Positions 9,907 to 19,859 are shown, counted from the first letter of the stretch. The stretch is 64,000 nucleotides of DNA from Candidatus Latescibacterota bacterium (GCA_963667175.2 CAXXXF010000002.1:160001-224000); one strand, 5' to 3'. Numbers and translations are program-made. Notes: a model not told the origin generated them from the letters alone.

Positions 9907-10902
9907 ATGGACAATGTGAGATGGCTCCTGGTCGGCGCCGGGGATATCGCCCGGAAGCGGGTGGCCGCGGCGCTGGCGGGCGCAACGGGTTCTGAACTGG
10001 TGGCCGTTTGCGATATGGTCCAGAAAAACGCCCGGGCGCTCGCGTCCGAATACGGCCTGTCCGAGGTGTACGCCGACCTCGATGAGGCCCTGGAGACAAC
10101 GTCGGCGGATGCCGTCTACGTCGCCACGCCCGTATGGCTTCACGTACAACACGCGGTTCAGGCCCTGGAAGCGGACAAGCACGTTCTCGTGGAAAAGCCC
10201 CTGGGCGTCACGGGCGAGGAGTGTTCGCGAGCCATTGCCGCGGCCGATGCCAGCGACAGGTTGGCCGGATGTTCGTATTTTCGACGCCTCTTCCCGGCGT
10301 ATCTCCAGGCGCAGGAGATGATTCGGAACGGTGAATTCGGCCAGGTCGTCCTCGTGCGCATCGTCTACTTTTCATGGTTCAGCCCGGCGGCCGACGATCC
10401 GAAACGCTGGCGCGTCTTCCGGGAGAGGTCCGGAGGCGGACCGATCAGCGATATGGGCACGCACATGTTCGACGTGATGACCGGGCTCCTGGGGACGCCG
10501 GTGTCGGTGTACGCCCGGTGTGAAAACCTGGTGCAGGAGTGGGACGTGGAGGACTGCGCGAGCATCGTCATGAAAATGGGCAACGGGGCATTGGCCACGG
10601 CGTCTTTCAGCTGGAGTTCGAAAACCTGGCGGCACGAGTTCGAGATCGTGGGCACCGAGGCCAAGGTGTACTGGCATCCTTACGATTCCGGCGAGGTGGT
10701 CAAAACGGTGGGCCGGCAGGTCGATACGCTGGATCTTTCACCCGCCGAAAATGTACACGGGCCGGTCGTCCAGGATTTCGTAGACGCGGTACGCGATGGC
10801 CGCCAGCCGGTCTGCCCGCTTGGCGAAGCCGCGAAGACAAACGCGCTGCTGGACGCGATCTACCGCTCCTCGGCGGAGCGTCGCGAGGTCGAGTTGGATT
10901 GA
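9907..10902 (+). CDS. Gfo/Idh/MocA family oxidoreductase
   Basis: VGAGDIA, KHVLVEKP, GGGPISDMGTH; RBS AGGAGG. Confidence 0.92.
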   Translation: MDNVRWLLVGAGDIARKRVAAALAGATGSELVAVCDMVQKNARALASEYGLSEVYADLDEALETTSADAVYVATPVWLHVQHAVQALEADKHVLVEKPLGVTGEECSRAIAAADASDRLAGCSYFRRLFPAYLQAQEMIRNGEFGQVVLVRIVYFSWFSPAADDPKRWRVFRERSGGGPISDMGTHMFDVMTGLLGTPVSVYARCENLVQEWDVEDCASIVMKMGNGALATASFSWSSKTWRHEFEIVGTEAKVYWHPYDSGEVVKTVGRQVDTLDLSPAENVHGPVVQDFVDAVRDGRQPVCPLGEAAKTNALLDAIYRSSAERREVELD

Positions 10903-11027
10903 CGGCTTCATGTGGCGTTTGGACGTAGAGGGACGGCGGTGTTCGGCCGTCGTCTTGTCGCTTGACCGGAACCAGGAAGCCAAACTGGCCATGTTTGCCT
11001 GATGTCTTATGTTGAGAAGGAGAATCG

Positions 11028-12272
11028 ATGAATTTCGCGCCCAGGCCGGAAAACGATTTCGCGGATTATATCCGGACGTACTACGAGGCGTGCCGATACC
11101 GGTGCGACAAGATCGAGGCGATCGCTGGGAAGTGGATGTTCCGGGACCTGCTGCCGGGTATGAGCGATTTCGACACTCGTTTTATCGTGAACGACGGCAT
11201 GACGGTGGACGACTGGTGCCAGCTGTCCACGGCGATGGGCGAGACCCATCTGGGGCTCTGTGAGAAATATCCCTGCTGGGCGCGGAATTTCGAACACCTT
11301 CCCGGGGTGAATCTGACCTGGTCGGAGTTGACGTCGGAGCGCAATTACTATCCGGAATACCACCAGTGGACGTACTATCTCACCGAAGATCCGAAGAGCC
11401 TCGGCGCGGCTCTGGACACACTCGCGCGAAGACCCTGGGACGAAAAGGACGAATACTTTCACCTGAAGAAATTCTGCCTGTATTACGGGCGCTACAACCG
11501 TACGATCGATCCCGCGATCAACCTTGGCGTCCACGAAAACAAGTATCCCCTGCACAGCCGGATTATGCACTATTTCAATCCCCCGGTCCATTCGGCCGTA
11601 TGCGTACTCGAGAAGCAGAATATCTGCGGCAAGCTGGATGGGTACGAGATCGCGCAACGGCATTTCCCTGAATTGCGGTGCTGGGAGCAGATCCGGGAGA
11701 TCCTGCACGCGCATTACGAGATCCCGACGTGGTACGAAGAGCCGCGCCTGTCGCAACTGGAGGACGTGCTGGAGGAGGCGCTGGCCGTGATACTGGAGCG
11801 GCTGAGGGACTCGGTGACGCTGATTCCCGACGAGGCGGGCACGGACGTCGGCGCCTGGAGAGCGTCGCTTCAGGACGTGCCGGTGGACCCGGCGCTTGTC
11901 ATTTTCGACAACGCCAAATTCTCGCGCCTGATGAAGGGGCGCCTGCACTTTTACGGCAACGCGCCGGCCCACTTCGATACCACCTGGTTGATTCAGAACG
12001 AATTGGGGCGGATCGGCGACAATTTCTTCCGGATGCCGTTCCGTACCTTCTGGAAGATCAGGACCGGCGAGACGGTTGAGGATCCGGTGACGATTCTGGA
12101 CGAACTGAAGGGAGACCTGCTGTCTCCGTCGGAGGTGGAGGGCACGAAGGCGTTCGCCCGGTTGACTCCCGATGAGTGGGAAGAGGGCAAAGAACACGAG
12201 ATCGCCGCGGCCATCGTCGAAGTATTCGACGACTTCTTCAGGGCGTTGAACAAGATCAGCGACGCGGTATAG
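11028..12272 (+). CDS. Hypothetical protein with Pol-beta nucleotidyltransferase-like motif
   Basis: RBS AAGGAG; 414 aa; IAGKW.FRDLLPGMSDFD.RFIV resembles the hG(S)x9-13DhD motif. Confidence 0.7.
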   Translation: MNFAPRPENDFADYIRTYYEACRYRCDKIEAIAGKWMFRDLLPGMSDFDTRFIVNDGMTVDDWCQLSTAMGETHLGLCEKYPCWARNFEHLPGVNLTWSELTSERNYYPEYHQWTYYLTEDPKSLGAALDTLARRPWDEKDEYFHLKKFCLYYGRYNRTIDPAINLGVHENKYPLHSRIMHYFNPPVHSAVCVLEKQNICGKLDGYEIAQRHFPELRCWEQIREILHAHYEIPTWYEEPRLSQLEDVLEEALAVILERLRDSVTLIPDEAGTDVGAWRASLQDVPVDPALVIFDNAKFSRLMKGRLHFYGNAPAHFDTTWLIQNELGRIGDNFFRMPFRTFWKIRTGETVEDPVTILDELKGDLLSPSEVEGTKAFARLTPDEWEEGKEHEIAAAIVEVFDDFFRALNKISDAV

Positions 12273-12334
12273 TCGCAGCCGGCGAGGGATCGATCCCCGT
12301 CGGATTGCCATCAGGAACAGGAAAGGAGAATCAG

Positions 12335-13477
12335 ATGGAGGTCAAAGCGCTCAAGTTGCGGGACGTGGACTACGGAGACCAGTGGGACAACGAGATCGAA
12401 GACCACTGGGAATACAACGATTTCAGGGCGGATGCGGCCTGGCGCGAGGGATGGATCAGTATGGACAGCGTGTATCACAATGCGGATGACGACCGCGTCT
12501 ACCTGGGAATCACGTCCTTCGACGCCGACATCTTCCGCGCCTACGACAGGGCAAGCGGCGAGTTTGTGGATCTGGGTTACGGCAGAATCGCGGATCCGTT
12601 CGATGCCAAGTTCCACCGGTCGCTCGTCAGGTGGGAGAACGACGGGTGCCTCTACGGCGCAATCGCGCTCCTTCACGATATCGACAAGTATTGGGAAGCG
12701 CCTGGAGGCGCGATCGTAAAGTACGATCCGTCCAGCGGAGAACTCCAGAAAATCGGCATTCCCATGCCGCACATGTACATCCAGTCGATCTGTCTGGACC
12801 AGGAACGCGGCGTGATCTACGGAATGACGTTTACGCCGGAGCGGATGTTCCGGTTCAATCTCGCCGACGGCCGTTCCGACGACCTGGGGCCGATCAGCAG
12901 CGGGATGGAGATGGCGCAGGGCGAGAACCTGGAACTGGACGACGAAGGCTGCGTGTGGTGCGGCTGGAGCGTCACGCGGGCGTGGCAGAATTTCGCGGGG
13001 GTGGACCGCAATCGGCTGTGTAAATTCGACCCGGAGACCGACAGGATCGAGTATTTCGACGCGGGTCTGCCGAAGCCCGACGGGACGTACGGTTACGAGA
13101 GAGTGGAGGGCATCTTCAACCTGGACGAAGGCCGCATGTTCGCCAGCGGCGCGAATGGGTCGATTTACCGAGTCGATACGGAAACCGGGATGGGCACGTA
13201 TCTCGGCACCCCCGTATCCGACCGGCGCAGCCGGCTGACGACGCTGCAGCCGGGGCCCGACGGAGGCGCGTACGGCGTGACCGGACGGGACGGGAAGTGC
13301 GAGGTGATCCGTTTCGAACCTGGTTCGGAGTCGTGGGACCTGCTGGGTCCGGTGACGGACGGCGACGCCCACTGCTGGCAGGTGCACGACGTGGCCGTCA
13401 CCCCCGACGGGACGATCTACGCGGGCGAAAACGACAGCCCCTACCGCAGCGGGTACCTGTGGGAGATCAAGGTCTGA
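12335..13477 (+). CDS. Cytoplasmic beta-propeller hypothetical protein
   Basis: RBS AAAGGAG; repeated blade-like units (IVKYDP..G, LCKFDP.T, VTPDGTIYAGE); no signal peptide. Confidence 0.75.
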   Translation: MEVKALKLRDVDYGDQWDNEIEDHWEYNDFRADAAWREGWISMDSVYHNADDDRVYLGITSFDADIFRAYDRASGEFVDLGYGRIADPFDAKFHRSLVRWENDGCLYGAIALLHDIDKYWEAPGGAIVKYDPSSGELQKIGIPMPHMYIQSICLDQERGVIYGMTFTPERMFRFNLADGRSDDLGPISSGMEMAQGENLELDDEGCVWCGWSVTRAWQNFAGVDRNRLCKFDPETDRIEYFDAGLPKPDGTYGYERVEGIFNLDEGRMFASGANGSIYRVDTETGMGTYLGTPVSDRRSRLTTLQPGPDGGAYGVTGRDGKCEVIRFEPGSESWDLLGPVTDGDAHCWQVHDVAVTPDGTIYAGENDSPYRSGYLWEIKV

Positions 13478-13530
13478 ATCGAACAGCGGTTCTCAGACGA
13501 TAGCACAAAGTGCGATGGCGTGGCGTCGGA

Positions 13531-13582
13531 TGTATGCGCCGTGACGTAAGCGCATGCCTGTCAGATGGTATCGACGCCTGCG
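13531..13582 (+). repeat. 52-bp direct repeat, copy 1 (partner 15853-15904); MntA/HepT junction relic
   Basis: 44 bp identical core CCGTGACGTAAGCGCATGCCTGTCAGATGGTATCGACGCCTGCG; reads MRRDVSACLSDGIDAC. Confidence 0.85.
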
Positions 13583-13678
13583 GCGCAGACAGGCATGTTT
13601 GAAGAAAAGGCATGCAGGCGCCGGCAGAGCAGCGAACGGTACCTCGTTCCGCGTATTCGTCCACTGAGGTGTGAACCC

Positions 13679-15274
13679 ATGCGTTTTTTCAATACGGCCG
13701 GTCCCATCCAGACGGATATGCATTACTATGTCCCGCCGTTGGAACGGCTTGACTTCGACGCGGTCATGCTGATGATCGAGCAACAGCGGTATTTCGTCAT
13801 GCACGCACCCCGTCAGACGGGCAAGACGTCCACACTACTGGCACTGATGGATGAACTGAACAGCAGTGGGCACTATCGTTGTCTGTACATCAACGTCGAG
13901 ATCGGCCAGTCCGCACGCGAGGACATTGGCGCCGCCCTGCAGGCGATACTGAGTCAATTGGCTTTGAGAGCAGAACGTATTCTGGGTGATCGGATCGTGA
14001 AGGAAGTCTGGCGCGAGGCCCTTGATAGTACTGGACCTCATGGCGCGTTGCAGGAGGTATTGAGTTGCTGGGCCGCGGCTGACGACAGACCACTGGTGCT
14101 GATGATCGACGAGATTGACGCGCTGATTGGCGACACGCTCCTGTCCGTGCTTCGACAACTCCGTGCAGGCTATCCTGATCGGCCTCGCCAATATCCGCAG
14201 ACGGTCATCCTGTGCGGGGTGCGCGACGTGCGCGATTACCGCATCCAATCCACCGCAGAAAACGCGATAATCGCTGGCGGCAGCGCGTTCAACGTCCGCA
14301 CCAGGTCTCTGCGTCTGGGTGATTTCACACCGGATGAAGTGCAATCACTGCTGGCGCAACACACCGAGGCGACGGGTCAGGTCTTTACCGAGGATGCGCA
14401 GAACAAGGTGTGGGAATTGACCCGGGGCCAGCCCTGGCTCGTCAACGCCCTGGCATACGAAGCTTGTTTTGACAACATGGCCGGGCGAGACCGCAGCCGA
14501 CCCGTCACTGCCAACGCGATAGGCGACGCGAGGGAGCAACTTATCCTGCGCCGGGAAACGCATCTCGACCAGCTTACGGACAAATTACAGGAGGAGCGCG
14601 TAAGGCGCGTCGTCGAACCCCTGTTGAGCGGCGCTGCATCGGATGAGGCGATTCCTCAAGACGATTTGGAATACGTGCGCGATCTGGGCCTTGTGAGGCG
14701 TCAACGGCCCGTTGCCATCGCCAACCCGATCTATCGGGAAGTCATTCCCCGCGACCTGACTTATACCACGCAGGAATACCTCGCTCAAGACACGGCCTGG
14801 TACGTCGACGCGGATGGCCGCTTGCGTCTCAACGATTTGCTCACCGCGTTTCAGGAATTTTTCCGCGAACATTCGGAACACTGGGTCGAGCGGTTTCAGT
14901 ATAAAGAAGCGGGTCCACAGCTGCTGCTGCAGGCGTTTCTTCAGCGCATCGTCAATACCGGTGGGCGGATCGAGCGGGAGTACGGCCTGGGTCGGATGCG
15001 TACCGATCTGTTGATCCTGTGGCCGGCGCCTGGCGATGCCCAACCGGATCAGGCGATTCAGAAACTGGTCATCGAATGCAAGTTGCTATACAGAAGTCTG
15101 GAAGAGACGGTGCGTGCGGGCCTCGACCAGACGCGCGCCTACATGGATCGCTGCGACGCGACGGAAGGGCATCTCATCGTCTTTGACCGCACTCCCGGCA
15201 GGTCGTGGGACCATAAGATCTACCGACGTGAGGCGGGCATAGGGAAAACGAAGATCACGGTGTGGGGGATGTGA
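13679..15274 (+). CDS. AAA-like P-loop ATPase with C-terminal PD-(D/E)XK nuclease-like domain
   Basis: MRFFNTAGP start, Walker A APRQTGKTS, Walker B LMIDEID, C-terminal EREY...RTDL...VIECK. Confidence 0.88.
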   Translation: MRFFNTAGPIQTDMHYYVPPLERLDFDAVMLMIEQQRYFVMHAPRQTGKTSTLLALMDELNSSGHYRCLYINVEIGQSAREDIGAALQAILSQLALRAERILGDRIVKEVWREALDSTGPHGALQEVLSCWAAADDRPLVLMIDEIDALIGDTLLSVLRQLRAGYPDRPRQYPQTVILCGVRDVRDYRIQSTAENAIIAGGSAFNVRTRSLRLGDFTPDEVQSLLAQHTEATGQVFTEDAQNKVWELTRGQPWLVNALAYEACFDNMAGRDRSRPVTANAIGDAREQLILRRETHLDQLTDKLQEERVRRVVEPLLSGAASDEAIPQDDLEYVRDLGLVRRQRPVAIANPIYREVIPRDLTYTTQEYLAQDTAWYVDADGRLRLNDLLTAFQEFFREHSEHWVERFQYKEAGPQLLLQAFLQRIVNTGGRIEREYGLGRMRTDLLILWPAPGDAQPDQAIQKLVIECKLLYRSLEETVRAGLDQTRAYMDRCDATEGHLIVFDRTPGRSWDHKIYRREAGIGKTKITVWGM

Positions 15275-15365
15275 AGGATGAAGATCCATGCCACTGACGT
15301 CGCCATGAACACGGCGGTCCGCTTCCAATCGCATTGGCGACGCTCCCGGAGCGTAACGCCGAAAT

Positions 15366-15866
15366 GGATCTGCAGTGCGCGATGAGTTCCAGCCCGGGCG
15401 CAGCGACGTGGATCTCCTGGTCGAATTCGGTCCCATGGAACCGTAACAGCCCGTTGACAAAGTCCATCCGGGCTGCCTGCCTGTGCGTTCGCACGCAGAC
15501 AGGCGTCCGGCCCTTGTGACCGAGTTACGGCGTTGCCTGCCTGCAGCAGGCAGGCACTCCCTCCCCGAATCCGGGGATTCGAGTCGGTCGTCTGCCTGTG
15601 CGTGTCCGCCTGCCTGCCGAGCACGTCTCGGCGCAGGCAGGCACGCAGACAGGCGCGCCTCGTCTTCGGCCACAATGGCTCGGCCTCGCCTGCAGAGCGA
15701 CTTTTTCAACGGACTGCTATGCCCGGGTCGATGCCAACTTCGGCCTGGTGGAAGCGCTGAGATCGATATTGGAGGAGCAAGTGGACCTGGTGGTTTCAGG
15801 AGCCGTGAAGAACCGATATATCGCAAGTGAGATCGAGCAGACCAAAGAGTACTGTATGTCCCGTGA
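15366..15866 (+). pseudogene. MntA-type minimal nucleotidyltransferase antitoxin remnant interrupted by a MITE
   Basis: GSAVRDEFQPGRSDVDLLVEFGPMEP before the element and YARVDANFGLVEALRSILEEQVDLVVSGAVKNRYIASEIEQTK after it; removing the element plus one TA restores the frame. Confidence 0.8.
15446..15717. mobile_element. MITE family A, copy 1
   Basis: TIRs CAGCCCGTTGACAAAGTC / GACTTTTTCAACGGACTG; TA duplicated at 15444-45 and 15718-19; homologous to 34532-34748 and 49486-49666. Confidence 0.88.
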
Positions 15867-15936
15867 CGTAAGCGCATGCCTGTCAGATGGTATCGACGCC
15901 TGCGATGCGATCACAAACGCTGTCCGCAATGAATAG
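15856..15936 (+). pseudogene. HepT/DUF86 (HEPN) toxin N-terminal remnant; includes repeat copy 2
   Basis: MSRDVSACLSDGIDACDAITNAV then stop; overlaps the end of the mntA remnant as in typical MNT-HEPN operons. Confidence 0.65.
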
Positions 15937-16027
15937 CCGTCCGGTTGACGGTCTGTCGGGTTGGAAACCGAAAGAGCAATGAACCGATTTCAGTCCGAAA
16001 TTTCGACTCAACACTATGGAGAAACCC

Positions 16028-17764
16028 ATGGCTTCAGGCAACGGACTGATGCAGCGAGAGCGCCATACCACGTCCGGAAACGGCGCGTTGCTGGTTGTGA
16101 TCGACAGCGGCGGGCCGTACTGGGAGCGGATGATCGTGGACGAGACGGTTCTGGCCGCGCTGGCCCATTTCGGGATGCCCTATCGGCTGCTGGACCTGGC
16201 TGACGAGCGGCCGACGCCTGAAGCATTGAGCGGCTGCGCCGGTATCGTACTCGCACAGAACGGGCTGGGCGGGAGTCTCAGCGCCGGGGAGGCGGGTCTG
16301 ATTTCGGACGCGGTCCGCAACGGCGCCGGGCTGGTGAATTTCGACTACGATCTCAGGGGATACGCCGGACCCCTTCTGGAGATGTTCGGTTTCGATCGAA
16401 TCAACCCGCATCCGTACGCCACGGATACGTTGCGCGTAGGCGAGCAGGCGCACTACGTCACCGGACTGCAATCGCCCGGGGAATTCCACAGCTTCGACCG
16501 CATGGTGACGGCGATCGCCGTCGAAAAATGGGGCGACTCGGTGGTCCCGCTGGCGGACGGGATTCTGGGAAAGGAGCAGTTGATCTACATCCGGCACCTG
16601 GCGCCGTGGAGCGCGTTCGAGCCGCGCAACTTTTCGCTGGCGTTCGCAACGGAATGGGGAACGGGCCGCGCCGTGCAGTTCACGCTGAATTCCAGGGTGT
16701 GGCGGAACGCGTTCTTCGGTCACGCCCGCGGATTGGACGATCTGTTCTGGCGGTCGATCGTCTGGACCGCCCGCAAGCCGTTCGCCGCCAATATGATTCC
16801 GCCTTTCCTGACCATGTCCTGGGACGACTGCGAGGGACGGCACGATTTTGCCTTCGCCGACGTCGCGCGTCGCTATGGGTACAAACCAATGCCCTCCCTG
16901 TTCATCGCGAACGTGCCGGAGCGGCTGCTTCCCAAAATCAGGGCCGGTATTCAGAGCGGGGGCATTCACTACAACAGCCACGCGCTGGACTATTATCGGC
17001 TGCTGATCTACAATTTCGGAAAGGGCGAGTGCTCACAGGATGAACTGGATTCCAACTTCGCGTTCTCGGACGCATTCTGGAAGCGCGTAGGAGCCTATCC
17101 GGGCGCTACGCTTCGATTCCACTGGGGGGAATACGGGGTCAGGGCGCTGCCATTCCTGAAAGAACGCGGCCATCGGTATTTCTGCCCGGCCTTGCAGACG
17201 GGTCTGCACAAGGCGGATACGTGCATGCAGGACGGTTTCTGGCCGTACGGGTTGCAGACGTGTTATTACGACTATCTGCCAGACGACCACGACTTTTTCG
17301 CGTTCGCGGCCATGCTCGCCCGACACCAGGAGGATTTCCTGACCGGGTGTACGCCGTATCTGCGCGAGAGCGAAAGAGTCGACGTCGAAAAGGCGGCCGG
17401 CAATGCGGCCCAGCAGATCCGCCACGGGCTGAGGGCCGGATTCTACGCGGAGATCGTGACCCACGAACAGAAGTTCGACGCCGTGACCATGGAGGAATGG
17501 GACCGGATTCTCGGCCGAACCCGCGAACTGACGGACGGGTTCGAAAAAATCTATGCGAGCCACGACGAAATCGGCCACTACCTGAAGGGGAAAGACGGCG
17601 TTTGGCTGAGCGAGGTCTCGGTGGAGGGCGAAGGGATGCGCGGTTCACTGGCCGGGAAGACGTCCGCTCCGCTGCGACTTTCCGTATTTCGCGATCGGGA
17701 CGATTCGGTGGAGCGTGAGTTTCGGTCGGTTGACAGGTTTGAAGGCCGGACGGAGATCGGCTGA
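16028..17764 (+). CDS. Hypothetical protein: N-terminal GATase/ThuA-like domain plus deacetylase-like barrel
   Basis: GGAGA RBS before ATG 16028; GTGRAVQF motif; MSWDD and HYNSH resembling NodB/CE4 motifs. Confidence 0.7.
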   Translation: MASGNGLMQRERHTTSGNGALLVVIDSGGPYWERMIVDETVLAALAHFGMPYRLLDLADERPTPEALSGCAGIVLAQNGLGGSLSAGEAGLISDAVRNGAGLVNFDYDLRGYAGPLLEMFGFDRINPHPYATDTLRVGEQAHYVTGLQSPGEFHSFDRMVTAIAVEKWGDSVVPLADGILGKEQLIYIRHLAPWSAFEPRNFSLAFATEWGTGRAVQFTLNSRVWRNAFFGHARGLDDLFWRSIVWTARKPFAANMIPPFLTMSWDDCEGRHDFAFADVARRYGYKPMPSLFIANVPERLLPKIRAGIQSGGIHYNSHALDYYRLLIYNFGKGECSQDELDSNFAFSDAFWKRVGAYPGATLRFHWGEYGVRALPFLKERGHRYFCPALQTGLHKADTCMQDGFWPYGLQTCYYDYLPDDHDFFAFAAMLARHQEDFLTGCTPYLRESERVDVEKAAGNAAQQIRHGLRAGFYAEIVTHEQKFDAVTMEEWDRILGRTRELTDGFEKIYASHDEIGHYLKGKDGVWLSEVSVEGEGMRGSLAGKTSAPLRLSVFRDRDDSVEREFRSVDRFEGRTEIG

Positions 17765-17804
17765 TTTCCGGCTATACGAAGAATAAACGAGAAGGTGGAG
17801 GCCT

Positions 17805-18752
17805 GTGACAGAGATTTTCTTCAACGTCCAGATCGATTGCGAATCCACGCAACGCAGTGTCGACGCCCCCGCGCTGGGCGAGCGATCAATCCGTGGGCTG
17901 GGCGAAATCTTCTCACAGACGGGGATGAAGGGGACGTTTGTGGTCATCCCCTCGGACATGCGGGCGCACGCGCGGGTGTATCGTGAGCTGGAAGCGGAAG
18001 GGCACGAAGTGGGCCTGCACGTTCATCCGGCGGAACAGGGGTACGAAGAATTCTTCGGTATTTACGGTTTCGATGAACAGACGGCAATTCTGAAGGAAGG
18101 CATGGACGTGTTCGCCGATGCCATGGGCCGCCCGCCCATCGTATTCACGCCCGGCTATTTCTCGGCGAATGACCATACGTTTCCCGCGCTGGAGGCGCTG
18201 GGGTTTACGCACGGCGCCGTTTCGATGCCAACGCGAAACCTGCCGCAGTGCGCCTGCGTTTGGGGTAGTTCGCCGCTGGATATCCACTACCCGCACCGGT
18301 ACAACCGGTCCCTTGCCGGCGACGTGGACTTCGTGGACGTACCGCCCACGGTGGACGTGGACTCGCGGATGTGGGGCGGGGCGCACCCGCAGGATCTGCG
18401 GATCGAACTGGTGGACGCCAAGAACCACTGGTATACGATTCACAAGAACGTGAAACGCCAGATCGAGAACGGAAGCGATACACCGGTGAAGTACCTCAAG
18501 GCGCTGACGCACAATATCTTCGACTACGCCAACGCGAATGATTTCCGGAGGGAGACGCTGGTGGGAGTCGTTTCAGCGGCGCGTGAGATCTGCGAACAGC
18601 AGGGATACGCCATGGTTCCGGCAACGGCCGCCGAAATTGCGGAGGCCTATCGCTCCCTGGTCCCGCTGCCCAACCGCGGCACGTCTCTGGACCTGGACAC
18701 AAGAGGGCGTGCGGCATGGACGGGAGGGGGCGCGCAACACGACGTGGAATGA
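17805..18752 (+). CDS. Polysaccharide deacetylase family protein
   Basis: VQIDCE, GHEVGLHVHP, FTPGYFS; GTG start after GGAGG. Confidence 0.8.
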   Translation: MTEIFFNVQIDCESTQRSVDAPALGERSIRGLGEIFSQTGMKGTFVVIPSDMRAHARVYRELEAEGHEVGLHVHPAEQGYEEFFGIYGFDEQTAILKEGMDVFADAMGRPPIVFTPGYFSANDHTFPALEALGFTHGAVSMPTRNLPQCACVWGSSPLDIHYPHRYNRSLAGDVDFVDVPPTVDVDSRMWGGAHPQDLRIELVDAKNHWYTIHKNVKRQIENGSDTPVKYLKALTHNIFDYANANDFRRETLVGVVSAAREICEQQGYAMVPATAAEIAEAYRSLVPLPNRGTSLDLDTRGRAAWTGGGAQHDVE

Positions 18753-18927
18753 CGGAAATTCGTAAGCCTGGAATCGCGGCAAAACATCAAAACCAATGCA
18801 ATGCCGCACCCGCGCCGCCCGCGCCACCGGGCGGCCGTTTTGTTTGCCCGAGCATCGATGCGCATCGGTTCTCTGTTCTCTGCTGGGAAATTCTGGCAGA
18901 ATGGGGGGACATCACGGGGCCGGAACG

Positions 18928-19773
18928 CTAATCCAGGTTCAGGATGGAAAGACTGTCCCGATAGATCAACGATTCGATTTCATCCGCGTCCAGGCGCGGC
19001 AGCGCGGTACCTTGGAGCATATCGTTCAGGCTGCGGAGGCCGGCGAGCGAGGCGTCGATGGTCGTAAACGGATAGTCGGTGCCGAAGAGGAGTTTGTCCC
19101 AGACGCCGTATTCCTGAACGAGCATCAGGCTGTGGTAAAGTTGGAACGGACGGTAGTGCAGGGCGCTGACGTCGGCGTAGACGTTGGGGTGTTTCCGGAT
19201 GACGGCAACGCATTCCCCTTCGTAGGGGTGCCCCAGATGCGCCAGAATGATCTTGACGTCCGGAAAGCGGATGGCGACGGGGTCCAGGTGACGGGGGAGT
19301 GTACACTCCAGGGGCGCCTGGGCGACGAACGTGGTGCCCGTATGCAGCAGTACCGGCAGGCCGTGTTCACCGGCGTAGCGCCAGAGCGGGTCAAGCGACG
19401 GGTCGTCCGGTCTGAAGCCTGCGTACATCGAGAGTAACTTGATCCCCTTGAGGCCGAGGCCCTGGTGACCCTCCCTCAACTCCTCCTGCCAGGCCTCCTG
19501 GGTGGGGTCGACCGACAGGAAGCCGATAAGCGAATCAGGGAATTCGGCCGCCCGCTCTGCAACGTAGCGGTCGTCTACCCACATTCCGCTCAGCCGGGCC
19601 TTGCCCCCGAAGACGACCGTTCGAACCGGCTCGCGCGCCTGGGCCAGGTATGCTTCATAGCCGGCCGAGAGGTCGATTTCCGCGTCGCCGCGGGCGCGCA
19701 TGGCCTGACGTTGGAACTGTTGGGTAAAGTGTTGTGGATACCGGAAGACATGGGCGTGTACGTCGATAATCAT
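18928..19773 (-). CDS. Amidohydrolase (amidohydro_2) family protein
   Basis: IIDVHAH, PVLLHTG, ILAHLGHP, LLFGTDYP. Confidence 0.92.
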   Translation of the reverse strand: MIIDVHAHVFRYPQHFTQQFQRQAMRARGDAEIDLSAGYEAYLAQAREPVRTVVFGGKARLSGMWVDDRYVAERAAEFPDSLIGFLSVDPTQEAWQEELREGHQGLGLKGIKLLSMYAGFRPDDPSLDPLWRYAGEHGLPVLLHTGTTFVAQAPLECTLPRHLDPVAIRFPDVKIILAHLGHPYEGECVAVIRKHPNVYADVSALHYRPFQLYHSLMLVQEYGVWDKLLFGTDYPFTTIDASLAGLRSLNDMLQGTALPRLDADEIESLIYRDSLSILNLD

Positions 19774-19859
19774 CTGTTATGTCCTTCAGGGACGGAGAGG
19801 GTTCGAAGTCGTGTCCGCGAACCCTGCGCCTCGCAGATGCGACACAGGGCCTTCCGCGT

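Noticed and set aside
15086-15936. ORFs spanning the MITE (263, 151, 115, 112 aa) and MITE-derived N-terminal extensions of degP and wzi
   Set aside because: They translate repeat DNA (ACLPAP..RQAG); only the mntA/hepT remnants look like protein.
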